Source: Blasia pusilla (lineage: Eukaryota). From it: a DNA stretch of 64,000 nucleotides. A program made the translations under genes and the position numbers. Under the pieces are notes generated by a model. That model did no database searches. It was given only the letters and a program-made list of their open reading frames with translations, and was not told where the DNA came from. Below are positions 36,388 to 50,335 of this stretch, in pieces (position 1 is the first letter of the stretch; each line of letters begins with the position of its first letter). The stretch covers positions 11,160,001-11,224,000 of the forward strand of contig CM114271.1 of NCBI GenBank assembly GCA_050084515.1, read 5' to 3'.

Positions 36388-39300
36388 TAAATGGGAATCA
36401 CGATGGTTTCCATGTTGGACTCTTTGATGGTCCTAACTGGGAAGAGTGGAAGAATCGTGTTTTCAATCTTCTTGTTTACAGAGATTTATGGAACGCAGTT
36501 GTTAAAAGAGTATATAATACATCCGTGTCAGATGCGTCACCTACCTCTCCTTCTGAAACTACAGATAAAGCACCTCAAGTATATGTTCGTCAACGTGTAC
36601 TTCAAACACGGACTATTCAGCAGAATTCAGCTCAAGAAATATGGGCCTGCCTATATCGCAATTATGATACGACATGTTCATTCTCTCTACTACACTTACA
36701 AGCATCCATGTACAAACTCACTGTTGAATCTTGCAGATCATCTCGAGATTTTCTGTCACAACTCAAGATTATTGCAAATAATCTTGCATCCATGAGATCT
36801 CCTGCTTTTCAGACACATCTCTATTCACTTTTGCTATTAGCAGACTTCCTGCTGAATACAAATCTCTCATTCATGTATTGATGCAAAAAGATAAACCTTC
36901 TTTTGACGATCTTCAAACTAGAGTACTGTATGATTCTGAACTAGATAAACCTTCCAATTTTGAAAGTATTCTAGTTTCCAATTCTATTGGTAATTCTACC
37001 AGGAAACGTCCATTTCGGTCTATATCTACTCATTATCAAAGAAACATTCCTCAGAGGAATGGAAAACACCTTCTTGTTACATTTGTAACGAGAAAGATCA
37101 CATCTCCAACAAATGTCCTAACAGAAAATTTCTCAAGAAATTTCGTGAGTGCTGCAAAACTCAACCAGAAGATACCTCATCTTTACTACTCAATACTTCA
37201 CCTATCACTCAAGCATTAACATGCTCCACATCGAGGAACTACAACCGGATGAACCACTCTATCTATTCATGATACAAAGATCCTCTACATCTACTCTCCC
37301 AAATCTTTCCAAACTTTGGATCCTTGATTCTCGTTCAAATTCCCATGTTTTGTCAAAAGAGAATCGTTCTCTAATTTCCTTCCTATTTCTCCAATTCTCA
37401 TTTCGGGAATAGGCAATGGCAAAATATATGCTCTGACTACTAGGAATGTTCAATTAAAGCTTTTGTCAAAGGCTCTTTCGAATTACATACTCTTTCCAAT
37501 GTTTTGTTCATTCCTACAGATAAAGACAATATTGTTTTCTGTGAAGAAACTTGCTGAAAACTCTATAGATACCCTTTTCTATTCTCACAATATGTCTTTT
37601 GAACTCATCAAGCAAGGTCATTGTTTAGGTACAGGCTTTGCCATGCATGGCATATATCTAATTGAATGTCAATCTTGTACTCCATCGACAATTTTGATAG
37701 CCAGAAGTTCATCCAATCTCTGGCACAATCGTATGGGACATCTCAATAATCAGCATTTATTGCAACCACATCAAAAGAAAATGGTTCAAGGTCTAGATCA
37801 TGTCGATGATCTCAATTTTTGTACAAGATGTGCTAAAGGCAAGCTCATCAGGCAACATATCACAGGAGATGGATAAGATCTTCCTGTTCAAAAGGCTCTA
37901 GATCTGATTCACAATGATCTGGCCGGACCAATGAAGACACCCAGTATTGGAAACGCCTACTATTTATGTACTTTTCTTGACCAATATACAAAGAAATCCT
38001 TTGTCTATATTCTTCACAAGAAGTCAGATGTCTTTTCTACATTCCAGAAGTTCAAAATCATGGTTGAGAAAGAAACTGGCCTCCAGATTCGTGTTCTCAG
38101 AACAGATGGAGGTGGTGAATACATAGACTCTTCTTTCCAAATCTTTCTTCAGACTTTTGGTCTTCTTCATCAACACACAGGAAGAGATTCTCCTATGCAG
38201 AATGGATCTGCTGAAAGACTCAACCGCACACTACAGGAAAAGGCAAGATGTATGCTCATTCACATGCGCCTTCCTATATCATTTTGGGGAGAAGCAATTG
38301 TTACAGCTAACTATCTTCGGAACTTGAGTCCTACTCAAACTCTTTCAACAACACCTTTTGAAGCTTGGAGTGGTCTCAAACCTACTCTCACACATCTTTG
38401 AGTGTTTGGATGTCAAGCATTTGCTCTCATTCCAGATGAGAGAAGAAGAAAGATGGATTCTACGGGTGAAGAATGTATATTCCTTGGTTATCAGATTGGT
38501 TCTAGATGTTATAAACTTTTGAATCCCAATAAAAAACGTGTTTTTCTCAGCAAAGATGTTGTCTTCAATGAAGATACTCCTTTCTCCTTCTCTCCTGTTT
38601 TTCACTCTACTTACACTCCATTTTTTTATTATTTCCCAGTAGAAAACTTTGAACCGATAATGTCCCTAAAGCGAAGAAGAAAAACTCTGATTCATACACA
38701 TTGAAATAGTGGGAGATACTTCAAGAGAAACAGTCTTTGTTGCTTTAGAGAAATCCATGGGACATCTGCCCACGTCTTTTCATCCTAGGCGATCATCACG
38801 AACATCTGTACCAGTACATATATATGATGCTGCTTGCTCAAACATTCTTCTCTCTTCTTGTATCCAATCTGATCCACTCAGTAGAACAGAAGTCCGCTCT
38901 AGATCAGATTCTCATGAATGGAAAACTTCTATGGAAGCTGAAATTGCCTCTCTTCATGAAAACAAAACCTGGATTCTTGTGACAAATCCTAAAAAGCGCA
39001 AGTCATCCACAGATACTACCAATATAGTCTCTTGTAAATGGGTTTTTAAGATCAAGCGGTCTTCTTCAAGAGGTATTCTCAAGTACAAAGCCAGGCTGGT
39101 AGCCAAAGGTTATTCACAGAAAGAAGGAATTGATTACAAAGAAACATTTTCTCTTGTCATAAATATCACTTCTCTCCGGATGCTTTCCATTCTTGCTCGC
39201 AATCTTGAACTACATCAAATGGACGTCAAGATTGCTTTTCTTCATGGTGATCTACAAGAAATCATATACATGCATCAACCTCCCGGTTTTGAGGTAACTC

Positions 39301-40430
39301 ATCAAGGTCCACATGTATGTCTTCTGAAGAAAGCTCTTTATGGCTTGAAGCAATCCTCCCAAGCTTGATATCAAAAGATGGATGGATATTTGACTTCTGC
39401 AGGTTTTTTCAGAAGTACTTATGATCCTTGTTTGTATCACAACAGATCTTCTACAGATCAATTACTCATAATTCTTTGTATATGTAGATGATCTTGCTAT
39501 TCTATGAGATAATCTCATTCGGCTACAACAATTTAAAATTCATGTTCATCCATTTTTAAAATGGTTGACATGGGAGAGCTTCATCACTTGTTAGGACTTC
39601 ATGTGGTAAGAGACAGGGCACATCACAAGATTTCTTTGCATCAACAAAGGTATATCTGTGAAACACTTGTAGAATTCCGTATGAAAGATTGTCATACGAT
39701 TTCTACCCCTTCGTGCTTGGGACAACATTGTCCAAGCCCACATCTGCTCCTACAAGTGATGATCTTGCTCATTTTCAGCAATATCCATATGCTACGACAG
39801 TTGGAAGTCTTATGTATGCTTCAACCATGACTCGCCCCCGACATCTCTTTCGAGTGTCGGCCGTTATGTAAATACATGTCCAACTATTCTATTGAGCATT
39901 GGCAAGTCGCCATGCATGTTCTAAGGTATTTGAAGGGAACTTGAATATGGGTATCACCTTTGATGGTTGCACCCATGATTTTACTCTTGTGCCTATGCAG
40001 ATGCCGGTTTCGCTTCTTCTAAAGATGATAGAAAATCTATTTCAGGATTTGTTCTTATCATGGCAGGAGGTGCAATACATTGGGCCTCAGGAAATGACGA
40101 TTCTTGCACAGTCTACTCTGAAGCTGAATATATAGCCCTTAATGAGGCCACCAAAGAAATACTTTGGATTCGACATTTACTTGATGAGATTGGTTTTTAC
40201 AAAAACTCCAACAATTCTTTACGAAGACAATCAAGTGCAATTCAACTATCAAATAATTTTTGTTCCAATTCCAAAATCCGACATTTGGAACTAAAATTCT
40301 TCTTCATATCGTAACACATTCAACAACAAAATATTCGTCTACAAGAATGTAGATCCTCGATTCAGTGCTGATGTTTTGACTAAAAGTCTATCTAAAGACC
40401 AACATTCTTTCTTACTCCAAATATTAGGAT
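36381..40430 (+). pseudogene. copia gag-pol
   Basis: WILDSRSNSH (AP), WHNRMGH...CTRC, LRTDGGGEY, QNGSAER (INT), [25 protein letters not shown] (RT), EAEYIAL (RH). Confidence 0.93.
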
Positions 40431-40519
40431 GTAGGATATGCAACCGAGTGGGAGATACGACTCTTTTTAGTAGACAATTTGCATGTTCTTCTGCTAGATT
40501 ATCCTAGCTCGGTCATGAG

Positions 40520-40862
40520 TGTTAGATAAATACATTTTAGATAAAGGTGTTCGACTTAAAATGTGTTAAAGGAACTACCTAAATGTTGCTACTCTTAGCA
40601 GTCCAACATCTAACCTAAGACACTTGACCACTTGGCTAAAAGGGCCACTTGGCCACTTGGTCAGCTCGCTACTTGGCCACTTGGACATTTGGCTACTTGG
40701 TCACTTTGCCACTTAGCCACAGACTATCTTGTCTCTAGCCACTATCCAGATTAGTATATAGTCTGGGGCTTGAATAAACATCATACTTGAAGTTCTCCAT
40801 AAAGTTTAGGCGCAGCTTTACCATTGTATCATTGTGTATACATCTCTCATATATTTCTAACA
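40520..40862 (+). repeat. copia 3' LTR (343 bp)
   Basis: Near-identical to 36028-36376. Confidence 0.95.
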
Positions 40863-41183
40863 AGACATTGGAAGATTTTTGGCCTCTAACCAAACAGAAC
40901 ACTCAAGTTCCTATTGTCTTTGGAAGTGGAATTCCTCCAAATCGAGATCACTATTGTGGGCCCACTAGATTCAGGCCTAGAGTTGATATGTTATCAATGG
41001 AGGAAATAGAAGTTGCATTTCAATGTTGGAGACTTGGTCACAACTAGACCAAGACAAGAAAGAAACAAATATCCCATATGGATAGGACAAGTTTTAGTTG
41101 GAGTTGGTGAAGATACAAATTTCAAAATTCAATATTGGTGGCCATTGAATACATTCAAAAGAGGGAACATAGCCCCAAGTAGG

Positions 41184-44100
41184 TGTCACGACTGTTAGGA
41201 TAGATCAATGAGATCTAGCACAGCATCTACATGAGTAGTGGAGGATAGACCCAAGAGGTTGAGGATGACCTGTTGAGGCCCCGAGAAGCCTGAGAGAGCA
41301 GGTTTCCCCTTCGTTTCGGCTCATTTGGAGCCATATAGAGAAACTTACTATTTTGGGTAAGTTTCCATGTTGGGGATAGTTGAATTTCCACTTTGGGAAG
41401 TGGCCCTTGACCTGCTACAGCAGGTCAAGAGTCAAGGAGGTGACATGCGATCATAGGTTACCGTTGAGAGGGCTTGGGAGAGGGAAGGGGGTATACCTCC
41501 AAGAGAGAGAACTTGAGAGCTCATTCTCTCTTTGTTGAACCTCTTGGCATAAGGCGGCGGAACTATGGTCCCTTGCCTTATGAGTGTAACACAAGCCTCT
41601 CATTAGGAGAGTGGGTTTGGTTTGACATGAGAGAGAGTGCACATCTTTGAGAGCTATCGTGTGAGATGGTGTAGAGAGAGATGGGAGCTATGGTTCCTAC
41701 ACGTGTGAGGGATTCTGGGATTTGGGTATTTTATTTGGGGATACTGGGTTGTGTGGATGCTGAGAGCATCATTCATGTATGTGGTTTAGGGGACATAGAC
41801 CTGTGTGGGATGTCTAGAGTTGAGGGTAGGTTGTCGATGAGATGATAGCCTGGTTGATTTGTCGCACCACGCCGCGTGTTGCCGCACGTTACACGTCTCG
41901 GGGAGGGAGAGTGTAGATCGAGTGCCGCATGTTTGGGATGAGTGATTAAGGGATTACTCACAAGGTTGAGAGTGATCGGGTGAGAGGGGCACGAGGGTCA
42001 TCACGGCGTCCGTTCAGGACTTTGAGAGGCAAGGTGGTGAACCCGAGAGTAGCTCTAGAGGTTTTATGCGGAGTGGCGCGAGGTTCCGAGGGTCTCCACA
42101 TGAGGGACCACCTCGACCTCCTTCTCTGTCATCGTCAAACAAGGGGGAGGGTATAGAGGAGTTTGTGAGCAAATCGCCACACATTGTGAGTAGTCCTACC
42201 AGTTGGGCGTACAAGATGGACAACCAGGATAGAGGACCGCGTAGGTTTTCAGGTGCAGTAGGCACAATTGAGTTGCACGATTTCATAGCAGAGTTTAGGA
42301 GTTTAGGAGTTTAGAACTCTCTAAGAACTCTAGAGAGTTCAACCCGTTTACAACATGGAATGGTATGTTCTAGCATGTAGAGGGGGCGCCCATGGACGAT
42401 TACCATGAGTTCTCTCAGAGATATGCACGTGAGATCGAGGCGTGGAGGCTTTACTATGACCCACATTATGTGTCATGGACGGAGCTGTTCCCACATGAGG
42501 AGGAGGAGTCAGGAGAGGCTACTTCCTCTTCCACTAGTGACGTTTTAGTAGGGGTCACTCCCACTAGAGCAGTTGCACCGTATAGTCGGGTTCGTCCCAG
42601 GTTCAACCCTGTGGTTGAGTTCTTTGCTGAGTTGAGGGCGAGCTACCAGGGGGGTACGGATGGAGAAGTTGCACAGCATCCACGACTTCTAGAGGTGCCC
42701 GGGTGAGAGTTTGCATGAGGCTTATACTCGTTTGCACCGCTTGATCAATGTCACTTAGGGGGTGACAGAGGCTCAGGCTATCCAGTCATGGTACGCAATG
42801 CTGGACCGGACCTTGCGGACACGGGTGCGGGAGGGGATGCTTCTTATGAACACCTCCCCTACGTTGAGAGATGTTTTTAGGACGGCCGAGAACATTGAGC
42901 GCAACATGGCGGAGGAGAGCGTAGCCACCATGGGTTCTAGGCGAGAGCAGTCACGATTGGCTACACCACTTGTGTAGCAACGTGGACTCCGAGATAGGTC
43001 GACTGTGGCACCACGAGCTCAAGGAGGATACGGGGAGGCCGTGCCACGGAGACCTGCGCCTTTATATGCGGCGCAGCAACAGCCGCCTACTATTACTTGT
43101 TGGTCATGTGGTGGAGCCCATCATTAGCGCGATTGCACTTGTTAGGGTCATGGACGTGTGCCTTAGCATGGAGGAGGAGATGGTGCTGCACGAGGAGGTT
43201 ATCAGTGTGACTATTGTCAGAGGTATGGTCATACACGCACTAGGTGTTTTAGTTTACATCTTGAGTTACGTCCGGACCGAGGGCCAGAGAGGGCACCAGA
43301 GCAAGTAGCCCATCCGAGTGGGCCTAGAGGTCGTGCATTAGGCGATCCCATTGGGGGACGAGGAGCTGGAGTTGCCCGAAAAGGTGGTGGAGCTGCCCGT
43401 GGAGGAGGTAGAGTACCACCACCTAGACGCGCCGAGGGAGACGCTAGACGTGAGGCTGGGATGGCGGCTCAGATACAACAGCTACATGAGTAGATTGCCA
43501 CTATGGCATTTAGGTTACCTGATGCCAAATCCGTGGCATCGACATCATATGGAGCAGCGAGAGATATGGAGGATCCTGGTTGGATGTGCGGGATTGCTGA
43601 GATGGAGGCCGCCGTAGCTGTGATGCGTGGAGCAGCCGCAGAGTTGGATCCATAGCGAGGGGAAGCCAGAAAATAGACTAGGCTTCCTCAATCTTTCACA
43701 TTGTCCGAAGCAATGAGGACCCCATCGATGGGTCCTCATCAAAGTTCCTAGAGAGTTGGTGATGTTGTTGGTGTGCAGGCATGGAGGGCAATGGGAGAAG
43801 CGAGTGCAATGACTCCTATTGTTGATGCTCAAGAGGGGCATGTGTCGAGCACGTTGTTGGGGGCGGCCAGTGTTGTGTACCGCGCTCCGTTATTTTCTGC
43901 TTCCGATGTTATGATGTTGGGGAGTACGCCCGCCGAGGCTTTTCAGCTGGCCGCTTCACTATGTGAGCGTGGAGTTGGAGTTCCTGCATCACATTCAAAG
44001 GTGATTGCAGAGGAGGTGATGGACCTGCCCTTGGAGCGGATGCTCGGACCGTCCACGTTAGATTCATGGCAGGCTGCGGCTACTAGGATGGCGGAGATGC

Positions 44101-45017
44101 CCGCTAGACCCGCGATAGAGCATGCCATGGCTTCTCCTGGTGTTGTGTTGCTGGATAATCAAGGAGAGGTCTTCGAGTTGGTGAGTCCTGGAGGTAGAGC
44201 TTTTAGTCCGCAATGTGTCTTGTTGGATTCAGGAGCGCAACCCCTGATGTTGGGGAAAGAGTCATTAAGAGGATTCGGCTTGACGAGAGTCGATGTGGAG
44301 CGTTGTCCATTCCCGATACAGACATCCTTGGGTGGAGCAAGTACCACACAGTATATCACCCAACAGGAGGTCGGGTCCAAATGGATTCGCCCGGGACATC
44401 CTAAAAATGAGTCCGAGGCGATTGTGACTGATGCAGAGTCCTATGACGTCTTGGTTGGTGGAGCAATGTTATACGCGATGGGGTTTTCCCTGGATTACTG
44501 GGAGGAGTCAGCGTCCTACAGACCAGGATGGCAGTCAGGTGATGGGCGCCTTAGCTCATTACCCGTTTGATTCACATGTGCACTGATCGAGCGACGGCCA
44601 GGAGAGTTGGCGATCTTAGCAGCATTTAGCAGTGCCATCACTTGGCCTAGTGATTTGATTGAGGGACATGTCCATGCAGAGGATACTCCCGTTCCTAACA
44701 TTTTTATGGAGAGGAGTGTTACGGTAGCAGCATCATTCCGTGAAGGAGAGGTGCCATTGTGGGGCTTGACTGAGGAGCTTCGACGATTGGCAGATGAGCA
44801 CGTGTAGACCGTGTGGAGCGAGGCGTTTGCACCGGAGCGTGACGGGTCTGAGGAACCCGAGGTAGCAAGGAGTGCTACAATGACACCCTTGGATACCACA
44901 CCCATTGTGTGGTGTATCTCGGAGGAGGATATTCGAGTGTTAGATCTCTTTGGAGGGATTAGCACCGTGTTAGCTAGTGCTTTGCAGACAGGAGTGTGAG
45001 TGCAGCAGTACGTGTAC
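41184..45017 (+). mobile_element. DNMT-Gypsy copy 2: LTR, gag, protease, start of DNMT; 3' truncated
   Basis: Starts TGTCACG; gag similar to 6128-8236; LLDSGAQP; VLDLFGGIS. Confidence 0.85.
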
Positions 45018-48000
45018 ACATCCTCAAACGGGTTTGCCACAATCACATACGGTCCAGCATACTTGGCAGACAACTTTGCAGACAACTCTTTCGGAAGAGT
45101 GAGGTTCTTCACACTCAATCACACTTGCTCTCCAACTTGGAATCGTACTTGGCGCCGACTCTTGTTAGCATGCTTAACGTACCTCATTTGAGCCTTTGCA
45201 AGACTTTGCCTCGCGCGCTCTTCTTGTTCTCGCATCTCTACCAAAAAACCTTCTGCGGTCGCTTGTCGTGTTTGTGCCAATGTAGTACCCTTCGAAAGGG
45301 CTAGGTCAAGAGGCCCTTCTGGCTCTCATCCATTTGCCAAGAGAAACGGAGATTCTCCGATTCTTGCGAATGCTTGGTCGAGTTGCAAAAGATACTCCGC
45401 CATGCTCAGCCACTTGACCCAATCTCGTTGATCAGCACTGACATAATTCCTTAAGTACTGATTCACAATGGAGTTTACCTTTTTAGTCTGTCCATCCGTC
45501 TGTGGGTGAAAATCCGTACTGAAACTCAGCTTGGTCCTAAACCTCATGAACAAGTGCTTCCAGAAAGCACTGGTAAACTCTGGATCCCGATCTGAAACAA
45601 TGCTCCTCGGCAGCCCGTGAGCACGCCACCAGCTATCGAGAAACAATTGTGACGTCGTATAAGCCGTTGCGGAATCCACCGTCGGCACGAATCTCGCCAA
45701 CTTGCTAAATCGATCAACAATCACAAGTATAGCGTTGTATCCCTCAGATTTCGGAAGACTCGTGATGAAATCCATACTCACACTTTGCAAGGGTCCTTCT
45801 GGGATCGGCAAGGGATGCAGTAAGCCTTGAAACTCTATTCGCTTGGCAGGTCACACAAGTGTTCACATATTGAGCAACATCCTCTTTCATGTTGGGCCAA
45901 AAGAACCGCTTCGACAAACAGCCACTGTAGATTTCTCTCCTTTATGTCCTGCCAAGGGTCCGTTGTGACACTCCGCTAATACTTTGGTTCGCATCCTGCC
46001 TTGCCCTACATAGATCCTACTCTGCTTGAACCTTAGTAAACCGTGCCTCAAACTTATGTTGGCCACCTTCTCACCCTGCTTCAACTTCCTTAAGTACTCC
46101 CCTGCGTGAGCATCCTTCATATATCCTTCACGAATCCTTCTTTCCAGGTCTGTTTCTTTAGGGAACATTGCTCTCAAGACCTGTGTCGTTGATGGCATGT
46201 GTTCCTCCTTGCGACTCAACGCATATGGAATCACATTATCCTTACCTAGCTTGTGAATCAACTCAACATCCATCAGTGCCAAGGTATCATGCCATCGCAG
46301 TTGTTTTGGTGTCACTCGATCGTGGGTCTCAAAATACTTGAGTGATATATTATCGGTGAATACTCGAGTCCTGTGGAGCCCTAGATAATGCCGCCACTTC
46401 CTCAAGCAATGTACCACCGCGAAAAACTCTTTCTTGTGAGTGGCCATCTCCTTTCAGTATCACTAAGCTTCTTGCTCTCGTATGCCACTAGTCTCCCTTC
46501 TTGCACCAACATTCCTGCGACCGCGAAATCACTAGCATCGGTATGCACTTCGAACGGTTTGTCAAACTCCGGAAGCTTCAATACTGGTTCATGCGATAGA
46601 ATCTGCTTCACTTGGCTGAATGCCTCATTAACTTCCAGGGTCCAAGTCGTGTTGGCAAACTTTGCTGTCCAATCCGTGAGAGGTCTCACAATTCCCGAAT
46701 TTTTTTTCACATAAGTGCGATAGAACTGCACCGCATCTATAAACCTCCTCATCCCCTTTACAGTGGATGGGGGTTCCCACTCAAAAATCGCTGTCACCTT
46801 CTCCATGTCTGGACTGAGGCCATCTGCACTGACCACGTGACCCAAGAATTTGATCTTGCTCAAATTCGCTCTTCTCTACATTCGCATATAGTTGATTTGC
46901 CCTTAGCTTAGACAAGACCGCTCTCACATGTCGAACGTGCTCCTCTAGTGACTTCAAATAGATAAGTATGTCATCAATATAGATGATAACATACTCATCC
47001 ATTTCCTTGTGAAAAATGGAGTTCATCAATGTGGTGAACGTTGGAGGCACGTTACATAGACCGAAAGGCATCACTACAAACTCAAAGGAACCGTATCTTG
47101 TCCTACACACAATCTTCTCCACATCTGCCTCGGCAATCCGAATCTGGTAATATCCTGACTTCAAGTCAATCCTACTGAAATATCTTTGCTTTGACCTATC
47201 AAAGAGATCATCTATCCTCGGAAGAGGATAATTGTTCCGAACCGTCACTTTATTCAGCGCACGGTAATCAACACACAGCCTCATCTTTCCATCCTTCTTC
47301 TTTACAAAAAGAACAGGTGCTCCATAAGGTGACTTGCTAGTCCTCATGTAACCCTTTTCCAAGAGCTCACTTAACTGCTTTTTCAACTCAAGAAGTTCCT
47401 CCTGATTCAACCTATATGGTGCTTTTGAAGGCGGTTGGGAACCAGGTATGATCTCTATCTTATGATCAACGGCTCTATGTGGCAGCAATTTAGTGGGAAG
47501 CTCATTTGTCAAAACATCCTCAAACTCCTTGATCACTTCCTGGAGCGGTTTTGGGATTCCCCTTGAAGCAGTGTCATGATCTCTGCGTATTTTGCTTGTA
47601 GCCTCCTCCACTTGTCTCATCAAGCAGAGAAATCCATCCTCCAACTCGGTCATGCTCCTCCTTGTAATTGAGTTCACTAACTCCTTTTTCGTCGGAACCT
47701 CACGGACCAACCGCACCAGTAACCGTTTGCCTTTTAGCAAGACGCTCAACCTCAAGGGTCTACGTCTTAACTCCACCTCATACGCATCTAGGAATGTATT
47801 CCCCAAGACTCCGTCAATGCCATCCATTTCGCACACAGTGAAATTCACCTTCAACTCGAATACCCCGCATCCTACTGTCAAACCCAAGACCAAATCACAA
47901 GTCCGATGAGACTTGCCTCCTGCAAATCTTACTCGAATGGGCTCATCCCCCTTAGAGGTAGACAACCCTAGTTCCTTCATGATTCTCGGGCTTAGGAAGG

Positions 48001-49185
48001 AGTGTGAAGCACATGTATCCACGAGCAACAACACATCGCGATCAGCAATCTTGGATCTTAGGTACACCAAATTGTGCGTCCTCTTGGTGACCTGAAGGGA
48101 CGTCTCGAGATCGCCCGCCAACAGATGCTTAGCAGCAAACGCAATCATACTCCCATTACTAACCTTAGGTTTTGAACACACTTTCGCCAGGTGCCCCGGT
48201 TCGCCACAGTTGTAGCATACGACCTTGCCGTTCTCTGACTTCGAGTGTTGTCCTCCTTTCGGCTTCGCATGAAGTTCCACTCGTTTTGCTGCCGGGGCCG
48301 ACGACTCTCCTGGATCGTGCTAGCCCCCACTCCAGACTCTTTTGAACGCCTCCTTATTTTTCGACTTCTTCGAAAAACCTTTTGGCTCGAAGGGTTTTTG
48401 GGTTTGGACCTCATCGTCCCCAATCCGCTCCGCTAGCTTCAGAAGATCCGCACTGGTCTCTGGCAACGTCAGCATTCGGTAAAGGGCCTTTTCAGCGCTC
48501 GGCTTGAGTCCACTAATGAAGATAGCCTTTTTCGCGTGCTCATCCATCTTTGGAATAGAAGTCAGTTTTGCACTAAACTCCCTCACATACGCGCTTAAGG
48601 AACCACTCTGCTGCATCCGCACGCATTCCACCGTGTCGCGCAACCCTTGGTACTCCGGAGTGAATCGATCCCCAATCAACACCTTGAACTCCTCTCAACT
48701 CAGAGGTGACTCGCCGCCCAGATATTCCTCTCGTTGAGCTGTCCACCATTGTAGTGCATGATCCTTCAGGAAAGTAACGACTACCGTCACCTTGTTCTTC
48801 TCAGCTGCCCTCTACGCCTCGAAGTACAGTTCGAGTTTCGTAAGGAAATCCTTCACTTTCCGCAAGCGCCCCACCCCAGTGAATGGTGTGGGCAGGTTTG
48901 TCTTGCAGAGCTTTTTGCCCGCACCCGGAGTTTGAGTGGCCTCTAACTCTGCAATCCGCTTGCTTTGTTGGGACATCTGCTCCACCAACAGCTTCAACAA
49001 GTCCAACGTCTGGCTCGACTCAGTCCGTTCCCCTGAGTTTGGGCCCGATGGCCCGCGGAAGGATTCGCCTCTGGGACGTCCTCACAACTGGCGCTCAGCT
49101 CTTTGGGAGTCTCCGTCTCCTCCATAGCTTCACGTCGCTTGATTAGCCGCTTCTTGGGTTGATCTCCCTCGATCGCCATTTTCAA
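45017..49185 (-). pseudogene. gag-pol of the chromovirus-like Gypsy
   Basis: ORFs 48320..48682, 46781..48280, 46402..46863, 45887..46447 and 45326..45811. Confidence 0.92.
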
Positions 49186-49328
49186 GCCAACTCACTCAGA
49201 TCTCCTCCTCGTTTCTTGCGTCCCTCCTTGAGCGTTTGAGTCTAGTCGCTACCTTGAGTTTTCCCAAGCGTCCGGTTGATCCCACGACCCCAAGTTCTTA
49301 CTCACCAAGGATAAGCTCTGATACCACT

Positions 49329-50335
49329 TGTCACGCCCCTACTCTCCTTGAACGTCAATCTTTAGTGTTGCACAAGCGTACGTTCAGTAGGTCACGATCT
49401 CATCGCCGATCTGCACCCAAACACGCACTCTCGTTAATCGGGTCCGAGCCAACCAGCGTTCCAACCCACTGAGTTCTCAACTCAGCGTCTCATCAAGCTC
49501 AACCTTCCTTAGTTCCTAGTTTCCAAAACACAGCAAGTCCTTCAAGACTTGGAACAGACTTCCTGGTTAGTCCAGGGATCAAACAAAGACTTGGCGCCTA
49601 GCGATCCCAACTGTTCAACGGACCTCGTGTGAGTTCCAAACCGAGACCCAAGTAATTGAGTCGCGGTGTGACATCCAAGAGGGATGTCTAAAATCGCCTC
49701 AATAGACTTGGTGCAAGTTTTCCAACCCAACTCCCAAACTCGCGTTCCGTTCCATGCCCTTGAGCCGCCCCGCGGCTCCCAAAGTGGGGGTTTGGGTTCC
49801 AAGCACTCTCAAAGACCTTCCCCCTTACTAGTACTTCTGGGGTTCTCCAATAACAACCCCCCCCCCGTTTGGAAAAGGAGGGTCGGGCCCTTCATTGTGG
49901 CCCTCAACCCGACTCTACTTACAGTCGTTTCCGGGTTGTTTCTCAGCTGGTGCTGAAGAGTTTGCAGAGATCTTAAGTGCGTTTGAACCAACTTTCTATA
50001 AGCTTTGTAATGCACCCTTATTTAATCCAAACGCATCTTGGTGCTAAAAGTTATGGCCATAAATACAGTCGGAAACTCTCAAACGCTAGTGGCGTTCCAA
50101 ATGCGGATTCTTCCTTTGGCAACCCACTTTCTAGACTCGACTTCTTTCAAGTCTCATTCCGCGTTTGGTCCAGGTTTTTCGGTCGCAATCGCAACATCTG
50201 AAACGCGACGCCTTGCTTGCATCTCGTCTCTTGTCTCCTCTTTGAGACTACTCCTACGCGCAAACCATCTTAGTGTGAGCCCGCTAATGTTCCGATGTTC
50301 CGCTTGACACTCGTTTGGTCATGAGGGTCGCGACA
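49329..50335 (-). repeat. 5' LTR (1007 bp)
   Basis: TG...CA termini, adjacent tRNA-iMet PBS, second copy at 54204-54915. Confidence 0.92.

Larger units (their letters stand above)
36028..40862 (+). mobile_element. Full-length Ty1/copia LTR retrotransposon, degenerate ORF
   Basis: Two TG...CA LTRs, TSD AGACA (36023-36027 and 40863-40867), order gag-AP-INT-RT-RH. Confidence 0.97.
32668..41183 (+). pseudogene. Decayed Sola-like/DUF7869-type DDE transposase locus, interrupted by copia and truncated by Gypsy
   Basis: FSRCAIY, CLIHDKMD, LNLQMVNSGKDNKN, FLIPGHTHEDVDAMLS motifs; probable intron about 34554-34906; coding-like sequence resumes at 40868. Confidence 0.62.
45012..50335 (-). mobile_element. 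Chromovirus-like Ty3/Gypsy, 3' truncated
   Basis: LTR 49329-50335; PBS TGGTATCAGAGC at 49315-49326; [54 protein letters not shown] motifs. No 3' LTR. Confidence 0.93.

Noticed and set aside
41490-41690. Self-priming pair in the second DNMT-Gypsy LTR
   Set aside because: Only imperfect GA/CT complementarity, and the LTR 3' end cannot be fixed without a second full copy.
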